Positions 39,070 through 49,012 of a stretch of 64,000 nucleotides of DNA are shown piece after piece. Location of the stretch: NCBI GenBank assembly GCA_947447665.1, contig CANFJX010000001.1, positions 211,911 through 275,910 of the forward strand, given 5' to 3'. Source of the stretch: Bacteriovoracaceae bacterium. Lineage in GTDB: Bacteria; Bdellovibrionota; UBA1018. Position numbers and translations under genes: made by a program. The notes below the pieces were generated by a model. It did no database searches. It was not told where the DNA came from and saw only the letters and a program-made list of their open reading frames with translations. Positions within the stretch are counted from its first letter, which is position 1, and every line of letters starts with the position of its first letter.

Positions 39070-40038
39070 ATGCGTAGCGCGCTTATTGCAATCTCTGCAT
39101 TTTGTATCGGCACGACCATCGTGGGCTGTACCAAAAACAATTCCAATCAAGATTTATTAGGAGGCTCGGGTGCGGACCGCACCTCAACGAGCGGTAATGG
39201 AGGAAGCACCGAAGCAGTGGGCTGGACTCTGAAATTGGCATCAAAATGTGCTGATACAGTAAGTGCAACTGACTGCATCGGATACTATGGATTTTCTATT
39301 GATGAGCTAGGGCACTACCAAGTAGGCCCTGGTCCAACCGGTGAAGTAAGAACGGGAACACTCAAAGCGGAAGACATGACTGCCTTGAACACACTTCTCC
39401 ACGGCACGGTCTCGGGCGGCTCTGATCAGAGTGGAGGTCTCTCTCTACTAGGAACAGAAGACCACATTAGCCTCGAGTCTGCAACGCCATCGGAAGACTT
39501 GATTACGCTCTCCAACACGGCTACACAAGGGCAGAAACTTCTTCGCACTTCGGGCCTCAACTTGTACTTCACGTTGAAATCTGCCGACGAGGCAAAAGCC
39601 CTTTATGCGAGCGTTCGTAAACTTGCAGAGGTTTATTACGCCCCGATGCCTTTTCCTGATTCTTGTGAAGATGGCATCAACTCACTTCAAAACCTAGTTG
39701 CCAGTGTGACAAGCTGTAAAGCAGACAGTGAGTGTGGATATTTTGATTCCAAACTGACTTTAGTTGCGCCAGATACTCAGGGTTTCATTCTGGCCGATAA
39801 CTGTGCGCGGGTACTCCCCTTATCGGTAGGAAACATTGAGGCCATCAAGACCAACAAAGCTAAGATTGAGGAAACCTGGTCACAGGTAACCCAGGCCTGC
39901 GGCGAAAAGTTCAAAAGAACTGATTGCACTCAAACCCAGGGCTTCAACCTCAACCGCGTCGCAGCAGTTTGTCAACAAGGTGTTTGCACGAGACCCAACT
40001 CCTTGGTCCTCACTACCGGAACTGCGTCTTTCCTTTAA
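39070..40038 (+). CDS. Cys-rich hypothetical lipoprotein
   Basis: The ATG at 39070 is preceded by GAAGGAGGA and followed by a lipobox (TTIVGC). The mature part contains about 12 Cys; no motif was recognised. Confidence 0.45.
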   Translation: MRSALIAISAFCIGTTIVGCTKNNSNQDLLGGSGADRTSTSGNGGSTEAVGWTLKLASKCADTVSATDCIGYYGFSIDELGHYQVGPGPTGEVRTGTLKAEDMTALNTLLHGTVSGGSDQSGGLSLLGTEDHISLESATPSEDLITLSNTATQGQKLLRTSGLNLYFTLKSADEAKALYASVRKLAEVYYAPMPFPDSCEDGINSLQNLVASVTSCKADSECGYFDSKLTLVAPDTQGFILADNCARVLPLSVGNIEAIKTNKAKIEETWSQVTQACGEKFKRTDCTQTQGFNLNRVAAVCQQGVCTRPNSLVLTTGTASFL

Positions 40039-40140
40039 GCTAGCCTCATCGATTACGGATTGAACCAGGATTGGGGAACTCCAATCCTGGTTTTTTTTTC
40101 TGGCATTTGGGTTGCAGCTTAGTTCGGCACGGGGGTTAAG

Positions 40141-40785
40141 ATGCATCCAATTTCTAAAAAAAGCTTTTCATACCTACTCAGTTCTTTATCACTCATCCTT
40201 GGCACTTGCCTCGCGGGTGCCTCTCTCTCGGCCTGCATCGAGGCAGATCACGAGCTGAACTCAGGCGAGAATCAAAACTACCCGTCATCAGGATTTGACC
40301 CTGATGAAAATGCGACTCCCGATAGTTTAGCAGAAGGGTGGAGTCAGCTGATCATGATTGCGAATTATGCAAAAACGACTTTAGACTCAATGGCCCACTT
40401 CAATACTTCAAGAAATGCTTGCGGAAAAGATGCCTACGGAGCCATCCAATCCAGTGAACTTTGGAATCAGATGGTCGAATACATCAACGCGGCCATTCAA
40501 GCGCAGCCGCGTTCTGAAGCCTACTGCACCCCTAACAGCCAGGAGCTAGACGCCAATGGTTACTACAAAAAATCGATGGACGGCAATGTCGAGATCAAAC
40601 TAGCTGATGGCAGTAAACGCCAACTATTTGAAACAAGAGGGTCAGATATTTGTACCCTCATTCAAGATCCAGCCTTAGCTAAAGGTCTCTTAAGTGTTTT
40701 GAATCAGCTCGTCCTCATTGCCGATAAGGAAGATTGTCCCCACGGTTGGGGCTCAGCTCTCGGATCAAATCACGGAAGATCATGA
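40141..40785 (+). CDS. Hypothetical secreted/lipoprotein (214 aa)
   Basis: It has a signal peptide with a lipobox-like LSAC sequence; no motif was recognised. Confidence 0.4.
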   Translation: MHPISKKSFSYLLSSLSLILGTCLAGASLSACIEADHELNSGENQNYPSSGFDPDENATPDSLAEGWSQLIMIANYAKTTLDSMAHFNTSRNACGKDAYGAIQSSELWNQMVEYINAAIQAQPRSEAYCTPNSQELDANGYYKKSMDGNVEIKLADGSKRQLFETRGSDICTLIQDPALAKGLLSVLNQLVLIADKEDCPHGWGSALGSNHGRS

Positions 40786-40836
40786 GTGACCTCGATTGGG
40801 AGAACTCACTCATTCACCGACGGCCAAGGACGGCCA

Positions 40837-42198
40837 TTATTCTAATCCGTATCGCCTTCTCTTCCGCCAGAGTGTACTCAGATTAATTCCCAAAATTCCG
40901 GCAGCCTCCTCGAGTGTGGTCGCTGTCGACAAAACATGGCGGATATGTTGCTTCTCGATATCCTCGAGGCTGATGTCACTTTGAGTGAGAGCAGCCAGGG
41001 GAAGTTGACTCGGAAATCCAGACTGAGTGTGCTCTAAAACTCGATCAGGGAGATCCTCGATCGTAACTTGATCTCCAGTGCAGAGAATTGCGGCTCTTTC
41101 GAGGGCATTTTTGAGCTCGCGAATATTACCCGGCCAGCCGTAACCTTGGATCGCCTGCTTAGCTGCATCATTTAACGGTCGGGCTTTTCGCCCTGTCGAA
41201 ACAAAGGAGCGCGCAAGCAATTGGTCTGCGAGGGTTAAGATATCCTCTGGGCGCTGCCTCAGAGAAGGCATATGTAAATCAATCACGTTCAAGCGAAAAT
41301 AGAGATCCTCACGAAATCTTCCTGCTTTCACTTCTTTTTCTAGATCTTTATTAGTGGCAGCAATAATTCTGACGTCCACTCGTATTGTTTTCGTATCTCC
41401 GACGCGTTCGAATTCACGGTCCTGCAAGAAACGAAGAAGTTTAGTTTGGAGATTAGGCGAAACCTCTCCGATTTCATCCAGAAAGACAGTGCCCGTATCA
41501 GCAACTTGCAACCGCCCCATCTTATCCTTGACCGCACCCGTGAAGGCACCCCTCACATGACCGAAGAGCTCGCTTTCGAGGAGGTTCTCAGAAAGCGTTG
41601 CACAATTCACTACAGCGAATGGTCCTTTAGTTCTTGGACTGGCATCGTGCATGAGTTTCGCCAAGAGGGTTTTCCCTGTCCCGCTTTCGCCCGTAATTAA
41701 AATCGTTGAGTCCGTCACTGCAACTTTTTTTGCTGTATCCAGGACCTTGTGCATTCGTGCATTTTGCGTAGCGATCGACGAGGGCTCCGACAGCGCATCG
41801 ACCTGATCTCTGAGCTTTGTATTCTCTTCTCTGAGCTTGCGATAATCCTCGATCCTCTCAACGAGGTGCTCCAGCTGATCCGGGGTGAAAGGCTTGACCA
41901 AGTAGTCGTAAGCTCCGCTTTTGATCGCCGCAACTGCAGTATCAATCGTCCCATAAGCCGTCATCATAACTACGGTGGCAGCCGGGAAATATTCCCTGGC
42001 TTTTCCGAGGAGGTCGAGTCCACTCATCCCGTCCATTCGCAAGTCAGTAAGAATAATATCAGGGACTGATTTTCTCATCAAAGTGATGGCCATCTCCCCA
42101 CTTTCCGCTAACTCAACCTGATGCCCGATGTGCTTCAAAGCAGCTTCAATAGTAGTGAGAATACTTTTTTCGTCATCAACAACCAGAATACGTGCCAC
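40837..42198 (-). CDS. Sigma-54-dependent response regulator (NtrC family)
   Basis: It has REC, AAA+ (GESGTGKTLLAKLMH, GAFTGA, ESELFGH) and a C-terminal Fis HTH. Confidence 0.85.
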   Translation of the reverse strand: MARILVVDDEKSILTTIEAALKHIGHQVELAESGEMAITLMRKSVPDIILTDLRMDGMSGLDLLGKAREYFPAATVVMMTAYGTIDTAVAAIKSGAYDYLVKPFTPDQLEHLVERIEDYRKLREENTKLRDQVDALSEPSSIATQNARMHKVLDTAKKVAVTDSTILITGESGTGKTLLAKLMHDASPRTKGPFAVVNCATLSENLLESELFGHVRGAFTGAVKDKMGRLQVADTGTVFLDEIGEVSPNLQTKLLRFLQDREFERVGDTKTIRVDVRIIAATNKDLEKEVKAGRFREDLYFRLNVIDLHMPSLRQRPEDILTLADQLLARSFVSTGRKARPLNDAAKQAIQGYGWPGNIRELKNALERAAILCTGDQVTIEDLPDRVLEHTQSGFPSQLPLAALTQSDISLEDIEKQHIRHVLSTATTLEEAAGILGINLSTLWRKRRRYGLE

Positions 42199-42233
42199 AA
42201 GATCTCCCTTCCAAAATAGAATTCCCTACTCCA

Positions 42234-43610
42234 CTAAAGACAGTTTTTAACCCCAGTCGCGGACCGTGCCAGGCTGCCATCACGATAGCCAGGGTTAAAC
42301 TCTGCTCTGCCTGCTTTTTGAGTGATCGGTAACCTAAACCCGAACTCAGCTCCCGATCCCGGCTGACTGGAAACCCAAATTTCCCCTCCATGGGACGTAA
42401 CAATCTCTTTGGCAATGGCAAGACCTGCACCCACCACTCCAGATCGAGCCACACGGAGATCATAATAAGGATTAAATTTTTCAAAAACTCTCTCTTGTCG
42501 ATGAAGCTCGATTCCAGGCCCCGTATCTTTCACTCGAATTTGTGCCCAATCATTTGCAGTATCGAGATAGACCCCAACCCTGCCCCCCCTTGGCGTGTGC
42601 CGCAAGGCATTGGTTAGTAAATTAGACAGTGCCCATGCAATCTTCGTAGCATCGATTGTAATCATTAAATTTTTACGGGTCCCTACACTATCGGTAGGAA
42701 GCGCGATCGACTGAGTCAGCTGAATCTCTTTTTCCTCTGCTTGCATTCGGAAGGACTGTACAGCATGACTCAGAAGCTTTCCAAGATCAATTTTTTGAAG
42801 TTCGAGTCGCTGAGCTAAGATATCAAATCGAGAAACCGTCATTAAATCATCAAGAAGTCCACGAAGGCGATCGACATCTTGAGCGCAGGTCGAGATCAAA
42901 TTCTGGTGCGTTAAATCGGGAAATTGATCTTTCGATTTATCAAGAAGGTGAATCGCCATCGTTAAACTGGTGACAGGGGTCTTAACTTCGTGAGACAGGG
43001 TTCCAAGAAAATGTGCTTTGGCCTCCTGGCTCTCTTTCAAAAGTGTCACATCCTGGGCTAAAATGAGAAGATTAGGCTCCACGTTTTCCAGCTGGAGTTT
43101 GTCCACTCCTTTCAGATCGAAAGCCACAGGACAAGACTGAACCAAAAAGTATTGTTTCCGATCCTTCCTCTGAAAAACAAACTCCACAGGCAAGCTGCTC
43201 GTCAGCGCCTTCACCACGGCCCCAGCACCAGCCGTCAAGGCACTCTGACCCTGGCGGTCAAACCTAAATCCCACAACCGGGGTTTTTGAAGGCAGATCAA
43301 GAATCCGCTCAGCAATGGGATTTGCATAGAGAACTTCCTGGCCCCTCAGCAGCAGAATACCGTCCGAAATCGATGCTGCAATTAAATCGGCCCTTTGTTT
43401 TTCGACTAAGAGCTTCCCATAGTTGACTAAATAATTTAACTTACTTTGGGCTGCCGCTTTTTTGTGAGAAATGAACCAAACGATGATTACTACACAGCTT
43501 ATCAAGCCGAACTGAATCAGTAAGGCATGCCCGCGAAAAATGATCAGCAACAATCCAATGATCAAGATTTCTGCTAGTGCAAGTAAAAATCGGAACCTGC
43601 TCAACGCCAA
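42234..43610 (-). CDS. Membrane sensor histidine kinase (partner of the NtrC-like regulator)
   Basis: It has two N-terminal TM helices, the H-box LSHEVKTPVTSL, and HATPase N/G boxes. Confidence 0.8.
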   Translation of the reverse strand: MALSRFRFLLALAEILIIGLLLIIFRGHALLIQFGLISCVVIIVWFISHKKAAAQSKLNYLVNYGKLLVEKQRADLIAASISDGILLLRGQEVLYANPIAERILDLPSKTPVVGFRFDRQGQSALTAGAGAVVKALTSSLPVEFVFQRKDRKQYFLVQSCPVAFDLKGVDKLQLENVEPNLLILAQDVTLLKESQEAKAHFLGTLSHEVKTPVTSLTMAIHLLDKSKDQFPDLTHQNLISTCAQDVDRLRGLLDDLMTVSRFDILAQRLELQKIDLGKLLSHAVQSFRMQAEEKEIQLTQSIALPTDSVGTRKNLMITIDATKIAWALSNLLTNALRHTPRGGRVGVYLDTANDWAQIRVKDTGPGIELHRQERVFEKFNPYYDLRVARSGVVGAGLAIAKEIVTSHGGEIWVSSQPGSGAEFGFRLPITQKAGRAEFNPGYRDGSLARSATGVKNCL

Positions 43611-43726
43611 CTCGCATACCCCCTAAAGTTGCGCGAATAATAGACTATAAATGATATGAATTGCAAAGCTTAATCACTTGAAGTGTGAAGTTCCGGATTA
43701 TTTTTTTCGCCTGCAATTTGCACTGG

Positions 43727-44107
43727 CTAGCGAGCGGAGGCTCCAGATAATCGACTTCGTGTGGTCTGCTTTTCTTCAAATGCCTGACAACTGGCGCACA
43801 GCCTAGCCTCTGGCAGTACGAGCAGACGCCTTGCTGGAATTTCCTCGACGCACTCTTCGCAAACACCAAAATTTCCCGAGGACATCTTAGCCAAGGCTCT
43901 CTCGATCGCAAGTAACTCGCGACGTTCGACCTCCCTTAAGGAGGCGTCTCGTCCTAGCTGCTCCAGGCTCTGAGCGATATCGATGATTTCAGCATGGGCA
44001 GACTGAAGGTCCTCTTGTTGCTCAAAATCACGAACAACGTGTTTTTCAATTTTTCGCCACTTCTCAAGAAGAGAGTCACGAATCTGTTCCAGTGTTTTTC
44101 CGTCCAT
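43727..44107 (-). CDS. DksA/TraR-family C4 zinc-finger protein
   Basis: It has the C-terminal CEEC...CASC motif and a coiled-coil N-terminus. The start at complement(44105..44107) is preceded by AGGAGG; the longer ORF to 44212 is probably not used. Confidence 0.6.
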   Translation of the reverse strand: MDGKTLEQIRDSLLEKWRKIEKHVVRDFEQQEDLQSAHAEIIDIAQSLEQLGRDASLREVERRELLAIERALAKMSSGNFGVCEECVEEIPARRLLVLPEARLCASCQAFEEKQTTRSRLSGASAR

Positions 44108-44245
44108 AGGACCTCCTAAAGACAGCCAAACTCTGCGAATTTCGTTCCATATTTGTCTACAATCAGAATTTACACACTCCAGTGCGTCGAGACAACATGA
44201 GCAGCTCGTCAAATAAATTTGACTCTTCCGGGGGTTTATTCCTCT

Positions 44246-44953
44246 CTAGATCGACTCGAGCGCATTCAGCATTTTACTTCGTGTCGCTTCGGCCAGTTGA
44301 TCCACCTGGTCTTCCTCGAGATTGAGCGTAGAAATAGGAGGAAGCACTCGGACCTTAAGCACCCCACCCGATAACCGACGCTCTCTCCAGCTCACCAAAC
44401 GAAGCAGAGGCGAAGACACTATCGGAATAATTGGCACACGAGCCTGAACTGCAACATAAAACGCTCCCTTTTTGAAGGGTAACAGCGCTTTTCCGCTCCA
44501 ATTCCGAGTGCCTTCGGGAAAAATCCAGATCGAAACTCGCTTCTGCTGGATCGTTTGAACCACCTGACCCAGTCCAGCTACAGCTTGAACTGTTTTCTTC
44601 CGATCAATAAGGACGTTTCGACCCAAAAGGTAGATCCAACCAAAAACAGGAATCCAGGCTACTTCTTTTTTCCCGATCACAATGGTATTTTTTGGAAATA
44701 AACCTCCAAAAGTTACTAAATCAAAGCCGCTCTGGTGATTCACTACGTACACGACAGGATCTTGAGCCTCCAGGTGATGGAGGCCCTCGACCTCTACCCG
44801 AATCCTCAGTATCCTTAGGATCCCCCAAGACAAGAGCCGGCCAAAGTCTCGATTAATATCCCGAGCCCGCCAGATCGCAAAAGGGAGAAGCAATGAGCCC
44901 AGAGAAGCGATGAGAAACCATAAAAAAATAAGTAAAAACTTTAAATAAAACAC
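44246..44953 (-). CDS. plsC: 1-acyl-sn-glycerol-3-phosphate acyltransferase
   Basis: It has the HxxxxD motif (NHQSGFD) and FPEGTR, plus an N-terminal TM. Confidence 0.75.
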   Translation of the reverse strand: MFYLKFLLIFLWFLIASLGSLLLPFAIWRARDINRDFGRLLSWGILRILRIRVEVEGLHHLEAQDPVVYVVNHQSGFDLVTFGGLFPKNTIVIGKKEVAWIPVFGWIYLLGRNVLIDRKKTVQAVAGLGQVVQTIQQKRVSIWIFPEGTRNWSGKALLPFKKGAFYVAVQARVPIIPIVSSPLLRLVSWRERRLSGGVLKVRVLPPISTLNLEEDQVDQLAEATRSKMLNALESI

Positions 44954-44956
44954 GCC

Positions 44957-45904
44957 TTACTCACAGTTTGACTTCAAAAAAGCTTGGACGTAACGACTGG
45001 TAATCGGTCGCTTCAGCTTTCTGGCCATTTTCACACTGATACGACATAAAGATTCCAGATCAATCCCCGTTTTAACATTCATACCATGAAGCATGTAGAC
45101 CAAATCCTCAGTGGACAGATTACCCGCGGCGCCTGGAGCAAATGGGCATCCACCCAAACCGCCGAAAGAACTATCAATGGTTCGAACGCCCAAATCTAGA
45201 GCCCTCAGACTATTTGCAAGCGCAGTACCCCGAGTATCATGAAAATGAACAGCAATTTTCGTAGCACCGAACTCTTGAACCGCTGGCCCAACTAATTCCT
45301 GAACGGATCTAGGATGAGCCACTCCAATGGTGTCTCCGATCGAGATTTGATCGACTGACAGATCAGCCAACGCACGAATCACTTTCAAAGACTTTTTAGC
45401 CGAAACAGTTCCCTCAAAAGGACAACCAAAGGCAGTCGAAACGTATCCCCTTACTTTGAATTGAGAGCCCAATTCACTCCGCGCTAAATCAAGAGTTGCC
45501 TTGAACTCAAGGAGAGACTCCCGAATCGACATGCCAAGATTATTCTGAGCAAATTCATTGGTAGCCGCAGTAAAAATAGCAAAATTTCTGGCGCCGACGG
45601 CCAATGCTCGCTCCAAGCCTGTCCGATTTGGAATCAAACACCAAGCCCGCGCTAAGTGTAAATCGAGTCTTTTCTTCTGAATCGCTGCAAAGAGGCGATC
45701 GGAGTCCGCCATCTGAGGCACTCGATCGGGTCTGACAAAAGCTCCTAGCTCCAAATCTCTCACACCTGAGCTAATCAGCTGATTTGCAAATGCAATTTTG
45801 TCCGATAGATGGAGAACTTGAGATTCATTTTGAAGTCCATCCCGCAAGCCGACCTCAAAAATTTTAACCTGATCTCTCATCCTTTCTTCCCCCCGGAAAT
45901 CCAT
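44957..45904 (-). CDS. Hydroxymethylglutaryl-CoA lyase
   Basis: VGLRDGLQNE and the TIM-barrel HMGL-like family pattern are present; 315 aa. Confidence 0.8.
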   Translation of the reverse strand: MDFRGEERMRDQVKIFEVGLRDGLQNESQVLHLSDKIAFANQLISSGVRDLELGAFVRPDRVPQMADSDRLFAAIQKKRLDLHLARAWCLIPNRTGLERALAVGARNFAIFTAATNEFAQNNLGMSIRESLLEFKATLDLARSELGSQFKVRGYVSTAFGCPFEGTVSAKKSLKVIRALADLSVDQISIGDTIGVAHPRSVQELVGPAVQEFGATKIAVHFHDTRGTALANSLRALDLGVRTIDSSFGGLGGCPFAPGAAGNLSTEDLVYMLHGMNVKTGIDLESLCRISVKMARKLKRPITSRYVQAFLKSNCE

Positions 45905-46692
45905 CCTGGCTTTCGTTTCTCCAAAAATGCACGAAGACCCTCCTGTCCCTCTTCAGACACCCTCAGATCCGAGAGAGTTCTAGAAATGTAAGACAAATAG
46001 TCTTTGAGCTCATTTCTCCTTTCAGGCCAAGAAAGGTCTAAAATGAGCTGTTTTGCAACTGCAACCGCATTCGGGCTTGCCTGAAGCATGTGAGTCAAAT
46101 GTGAGTCTAAACTTGCTTGAAGGTCAGCCTCACTTGGAACCACCTCATGAACCAGTCCAATTTCTTGAGCCCGAGAAGCGGAAAACCTCTCTGCACTCAA
46201 AAAATAACGTCGGGCCTGGGAGGGGCCAATTTTAGCAAGCACGAAGGGTCCGATACAGGCAGGTACAATCCCTAAGCGAACCTCACTCAAACTAAAAAGA
46301 GTTTCTGACGAGGCTATGACAAAATCACAAACACTCACCAATCCTACACCGCCTCCAATCGCGGCTCCATGGATGACTCCAATCACAGGCTTGGGGCATT
46401 CATTCATTAATGCAAAGAGCGAAGACAGTCTCAGAGTATCATCCAGGTTTTCCTCATAAGAGTAGTTGACCGCCTTTTTCATCCAATTCAGATCACCCCC
46501 AGCACAGAAGACAGGCCCCTCACCACGGAGAACAATGATTCTCACATCTTTTTTGACCGTTTCTTGAGCGAAAACTTGAGTCAGCTCGGAAATCACCTCC
46601 TCATTAAACGCGTTTCTAAGATCTGGGCGATTGAGATGAATCGATAAAACACCTCGGGAATCCTGCTGAACTTTGAGCGTACGATAGGTCAT
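45877..46692 (-). CDS. Enoyl-CoA hydratase/isomerase (likely methylglutaconyl-CoA hydratase)
   Basis: It has the crotonase fold motif VFCAGGDLNWM. It overlaps the HMG-CoA lyase start. Confidence 0.75.
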   Translation of the reverse strand: MTYRTLKVQQDSRGVLSIHLNRPDLRNAFNEEVISELTQVFAQETVKKDVRIIVLRGEGPVFCAGGDLNWMKKAVNYSYEENLDDTLRLSSLFALMNECPKPVIGVIHGAAIGGGVGLVSVCDFVIASSETLFSLSEVRLGIVPACIGPFVLAKIGPSQARRYFLSAERFSASRAQEIGLVHEVVPSEADLQASLDSHLTHMLQASPNAVAVAKQLILDLSWPERRNELKDYLSYISRTLSDLRVSEEGQEGLRAFLEKRKPGWISGGKKG

Positions 46693-46885
46693 GATCTCTC
46701 CCCTTCCTGGTCTATGCCATAAAGTATATCATTTTATTTGACAACCGACTTAATTTGCAGCAAAAGATTTAATCTCAATTCTCATATCGACTATTAATCA
46801 ATCTCGAAACCCGCAGTCTAGAGTAGTCTACTGCATTGGTGAGAATTTGCGGGTTTTAACTCTTGAGTGAGGAGCTGTACTCAAA

Positions 46886-47197
46886 ATGAAATCTTTTAAC
46901 ACACGGGAAATCTCACATAGAACTTGCCATATTATTCGGGATGAACGACGTTCTCGCGATCTAACTCAGATTGAAATGGCCCAGGAGCTCGGAATTTCTC
47001 AATCCGCCCTCTCAAAAATTGAAAATTTGGCCATGATGCCTACACTACTGCCTTGGCTCAAATTTTGCTCGACCTTTGGCCTCCCTGCCAATCTCCCATT
47101 GGACGAAAAACTGTATAAAGGATGGATGAAGGAATTAGAGAAAAAAAGCTCTAAACCCATCCGTAACAAAGGTACCAAGACCTACCTTAATAGTTAA
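46886..47197 (+). CDS. XRE-family HTH transcriptional regulator
   Basis: The HTH is LTQIEMAQELGISQSALSKIE. It is transcribed divergently from the hydratase/lyase genes and upstream of the MCC beta gene. Confidence 0.6.
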   Translation: MKSFNTREISHRTCHIIRDERRSRDLTQIEMAQELGISQSALSKIENLAMMPTLLPWLKFCSTFGLPANLPLDEKLYKGWMKELEKKSSKPIRNKGTKTYLNS

Positions 47198-47210
47198 TTC
47201 TTTGTCGGAG

Positions 47211-47272
47211 TTCTAGAAAATGCTTTAGGGTTTTAAGGATCAGATCCCCACGCACTAAAACATTTTCTAGAA
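47211..47272 (+). promoter_or_regulatory. Long inverted repeat (about 17/18 bp arms, 26-nt loop) followed by a T-rich tract, between the XRE gene and the carboxyltransferase gene
   Basis: The arms are ttctagaaaatgctttag and ctaaaacattttctagaa. The repeat sits immediately after the XRE stop and could be a terminator, attenuator or operator. Confidence 0.4.
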
Positions 47273-47349
47273 TTCTCTCTTGCTCCTCAGAACAGCAACC
47301 AGCCTGACATAAATTCCCCTCATCGTCTTGATTCTCTTGATTCTTTGCT

Positions 47350-48981
47350 TTGATAATGATCCAGATAATGATCATGCAAACTCTCAAGTCGCAGGTCAAA
47401 GTCCACTCGGAAGAATTCAAATCTAACTCAGAAAGAAACCGCCAGCTCACCCAAGAGCTAGAATCCAAAATTCTTCGAGCTCAAGAAGGAGGCGGACGAG
47501 AGGCAAGACTTCGCCATGAAAAGCGGGGTAAATTATTCGTCAGAGATCGAGTCCAGAAACTGATCGATCCCGGTACTACTTTTTTAGAACTCTCTCCCCT
47601 TGCAGCCCATGGGATATATGACGATACAGCACCCTCAGCAGGGCTGGTCACCGGAATCGGCGTAGTCCATGGTAGGGAAATCATGATTGTCGCTAACGAC
47701 GCCACAGTCAAAGGGGGCACCTATTTTCCACTCACTGTGAAGAAACACTTGAGGGCTCAAGAGATTGCCAAAGAAAATCACCTTCCCTGCGTCTACCTCG
47801 TCGACTCAGGTGGGGCTTTTTTACCGCTCCAAGCCGAGGTTTTTCCGGATCGGGACCATTTTGGAAGAATTTTCTATAACCAAGCTCAAATGTCGAGTTT
47901 AGGTATTCCACAAGTCGCGGTAGTAATGGGATCATGCACGGCAGGGGGCGCCTACGTCCCAGCGATGGCAGACGAGACCATCATTGTCAGGAATCAAGGT
48001 ACGATCTTCTTAGGGGGCCCCCCCCTCGTAAAAGCAGCAACGGGTGAAATCGTCACGGCTGAGGATCTCGGCGGGGCCGAAGTCCACACTCAAATCTCGG
48101 GCGTTGCCGATCACCTCGCGGAGAATGACGAACATGCACTAGAAATTGCCCGGGATGTTCTGTTCAATATGAATCGAGCCAAGCCCACTCAAATTGAAAG
48201 AAACCCCATCGAAGCGCCCCTTTATGACCCTATGGAATTAGCTGGAATCATTCCATCAGACCTCAGAAAGGGTTACGACATCCGTGAAGTCATTGCCCGG
48301 ATCGTAGATGGATCCCGATTCCATGAGTTCAAGCCCCTATATGGAAACACTCTCGTCTGCGGTTTTGCTCATCTTTGGGGTTATCCCGTAGGAATTTTGG
48401 GGAATCACGGAGTCCTCCTCAGCGAAAGCGCGCTCAAGGCTACTCACTTTATCGAGCTTTGCGCGCAAAGAAAAATTCCACTCATCTTTCTTCAAAATAT
48501 CACCGGATTTATGGTGGGCAGAAAGTACGAATCGGGTGGAATCGCCAAAGACGGAGCCAAGATGGTCACTGCGGTGTCCAATGCAAGCGTACCTAAATTT
48601 ACGGTGATTGTAGGTGGGAGCTTTGGAGCAGGAAACTACGGAATGTGCGGACGAGCCTATCAACCTCGTTTCTTATGGACCTGGCCCAACTCCCGAATCT
48701 CAGTCATGGGCGGCGAACAAGCTGCAGGCGTTCTCTCCCAAGTAAAAATGGAGCAACTTGAAGCTCAAGGTAAGAAGCTTTCCGCTGAAGAAATTGAGAA
48801 AATTAAAGCACCCATCCGAGACCAGTACGATCGAGAAGGAAGCCCCTACACGAGTACAGCTCGACTCTGGGATGATGGAATCATTGCACCTTGGAAAACC
48901 CGTGAGGTTCTCGCACTCGGACTGTCCTCGGCCTATAACGCCCCGATCATTCAAACTCGTTTTGGCGTTTTTAGAATGTAG
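47350..48981 (+). CDS. Methylcrotonyl-CoA / acyl-CoA carboxylase beta subunit (carboxyltransferase)
   Basis: It has two carboxyltransferase domains (AccD/PccB family) and biotin-carboxyl-carrier interaction regions. It may start at an internal Met near 47374. Confidence 0.85.
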   Translation: MIMIQIMIMQTLKSQVKVHSEEFKSNSERNRQLTQELESKILRAQEGGGREARLRHEKRGKLFVRDRVQKLIDPGTTFLELSPLAAHGIYDDTAPSAGLVTGIGVVHGREIMIVANDATVKGGTYFPLTVKKHLRAQEIAKENHLPCVYLVDSGGAFLPLQAEVFPDRDHFGRIFYNQAQMSSLGIPQVAVVMGSCTAGGAYVPAMADETIIVRNQGTIFLGGPPLVKAATGEIVTAEDLGGAEVHTQISGVADHLAENDEHALEIARDVLFNMNRAKPTQIERNPIEAPLYDPMELAGIIPSDLRKGYDIREVIARIVDGSRFHEFKPLYGNTLVCGFAHLWGYPVGILGNHGVLLSESALKATHFIELCAQRKIPLIFLQNITGFMVGRKYESGGIAKDGAKMVTAVSNASVPKFTVIVGGSFGAGNYGMCGRAYQPRFLWTWPNSRISVMGGEQAAGVLSQVKMEQLEAQGKKLSAEEIEKIKAPIRDQYDREGSPYTSTARLWDDGIIAPWKTREVLALGLSSAYNAPIIQTRFGVFRM

Positions 48982-49012
48982 AATTGCTCAAAGCAAAGAA
49001 GTGAATTGAGGC

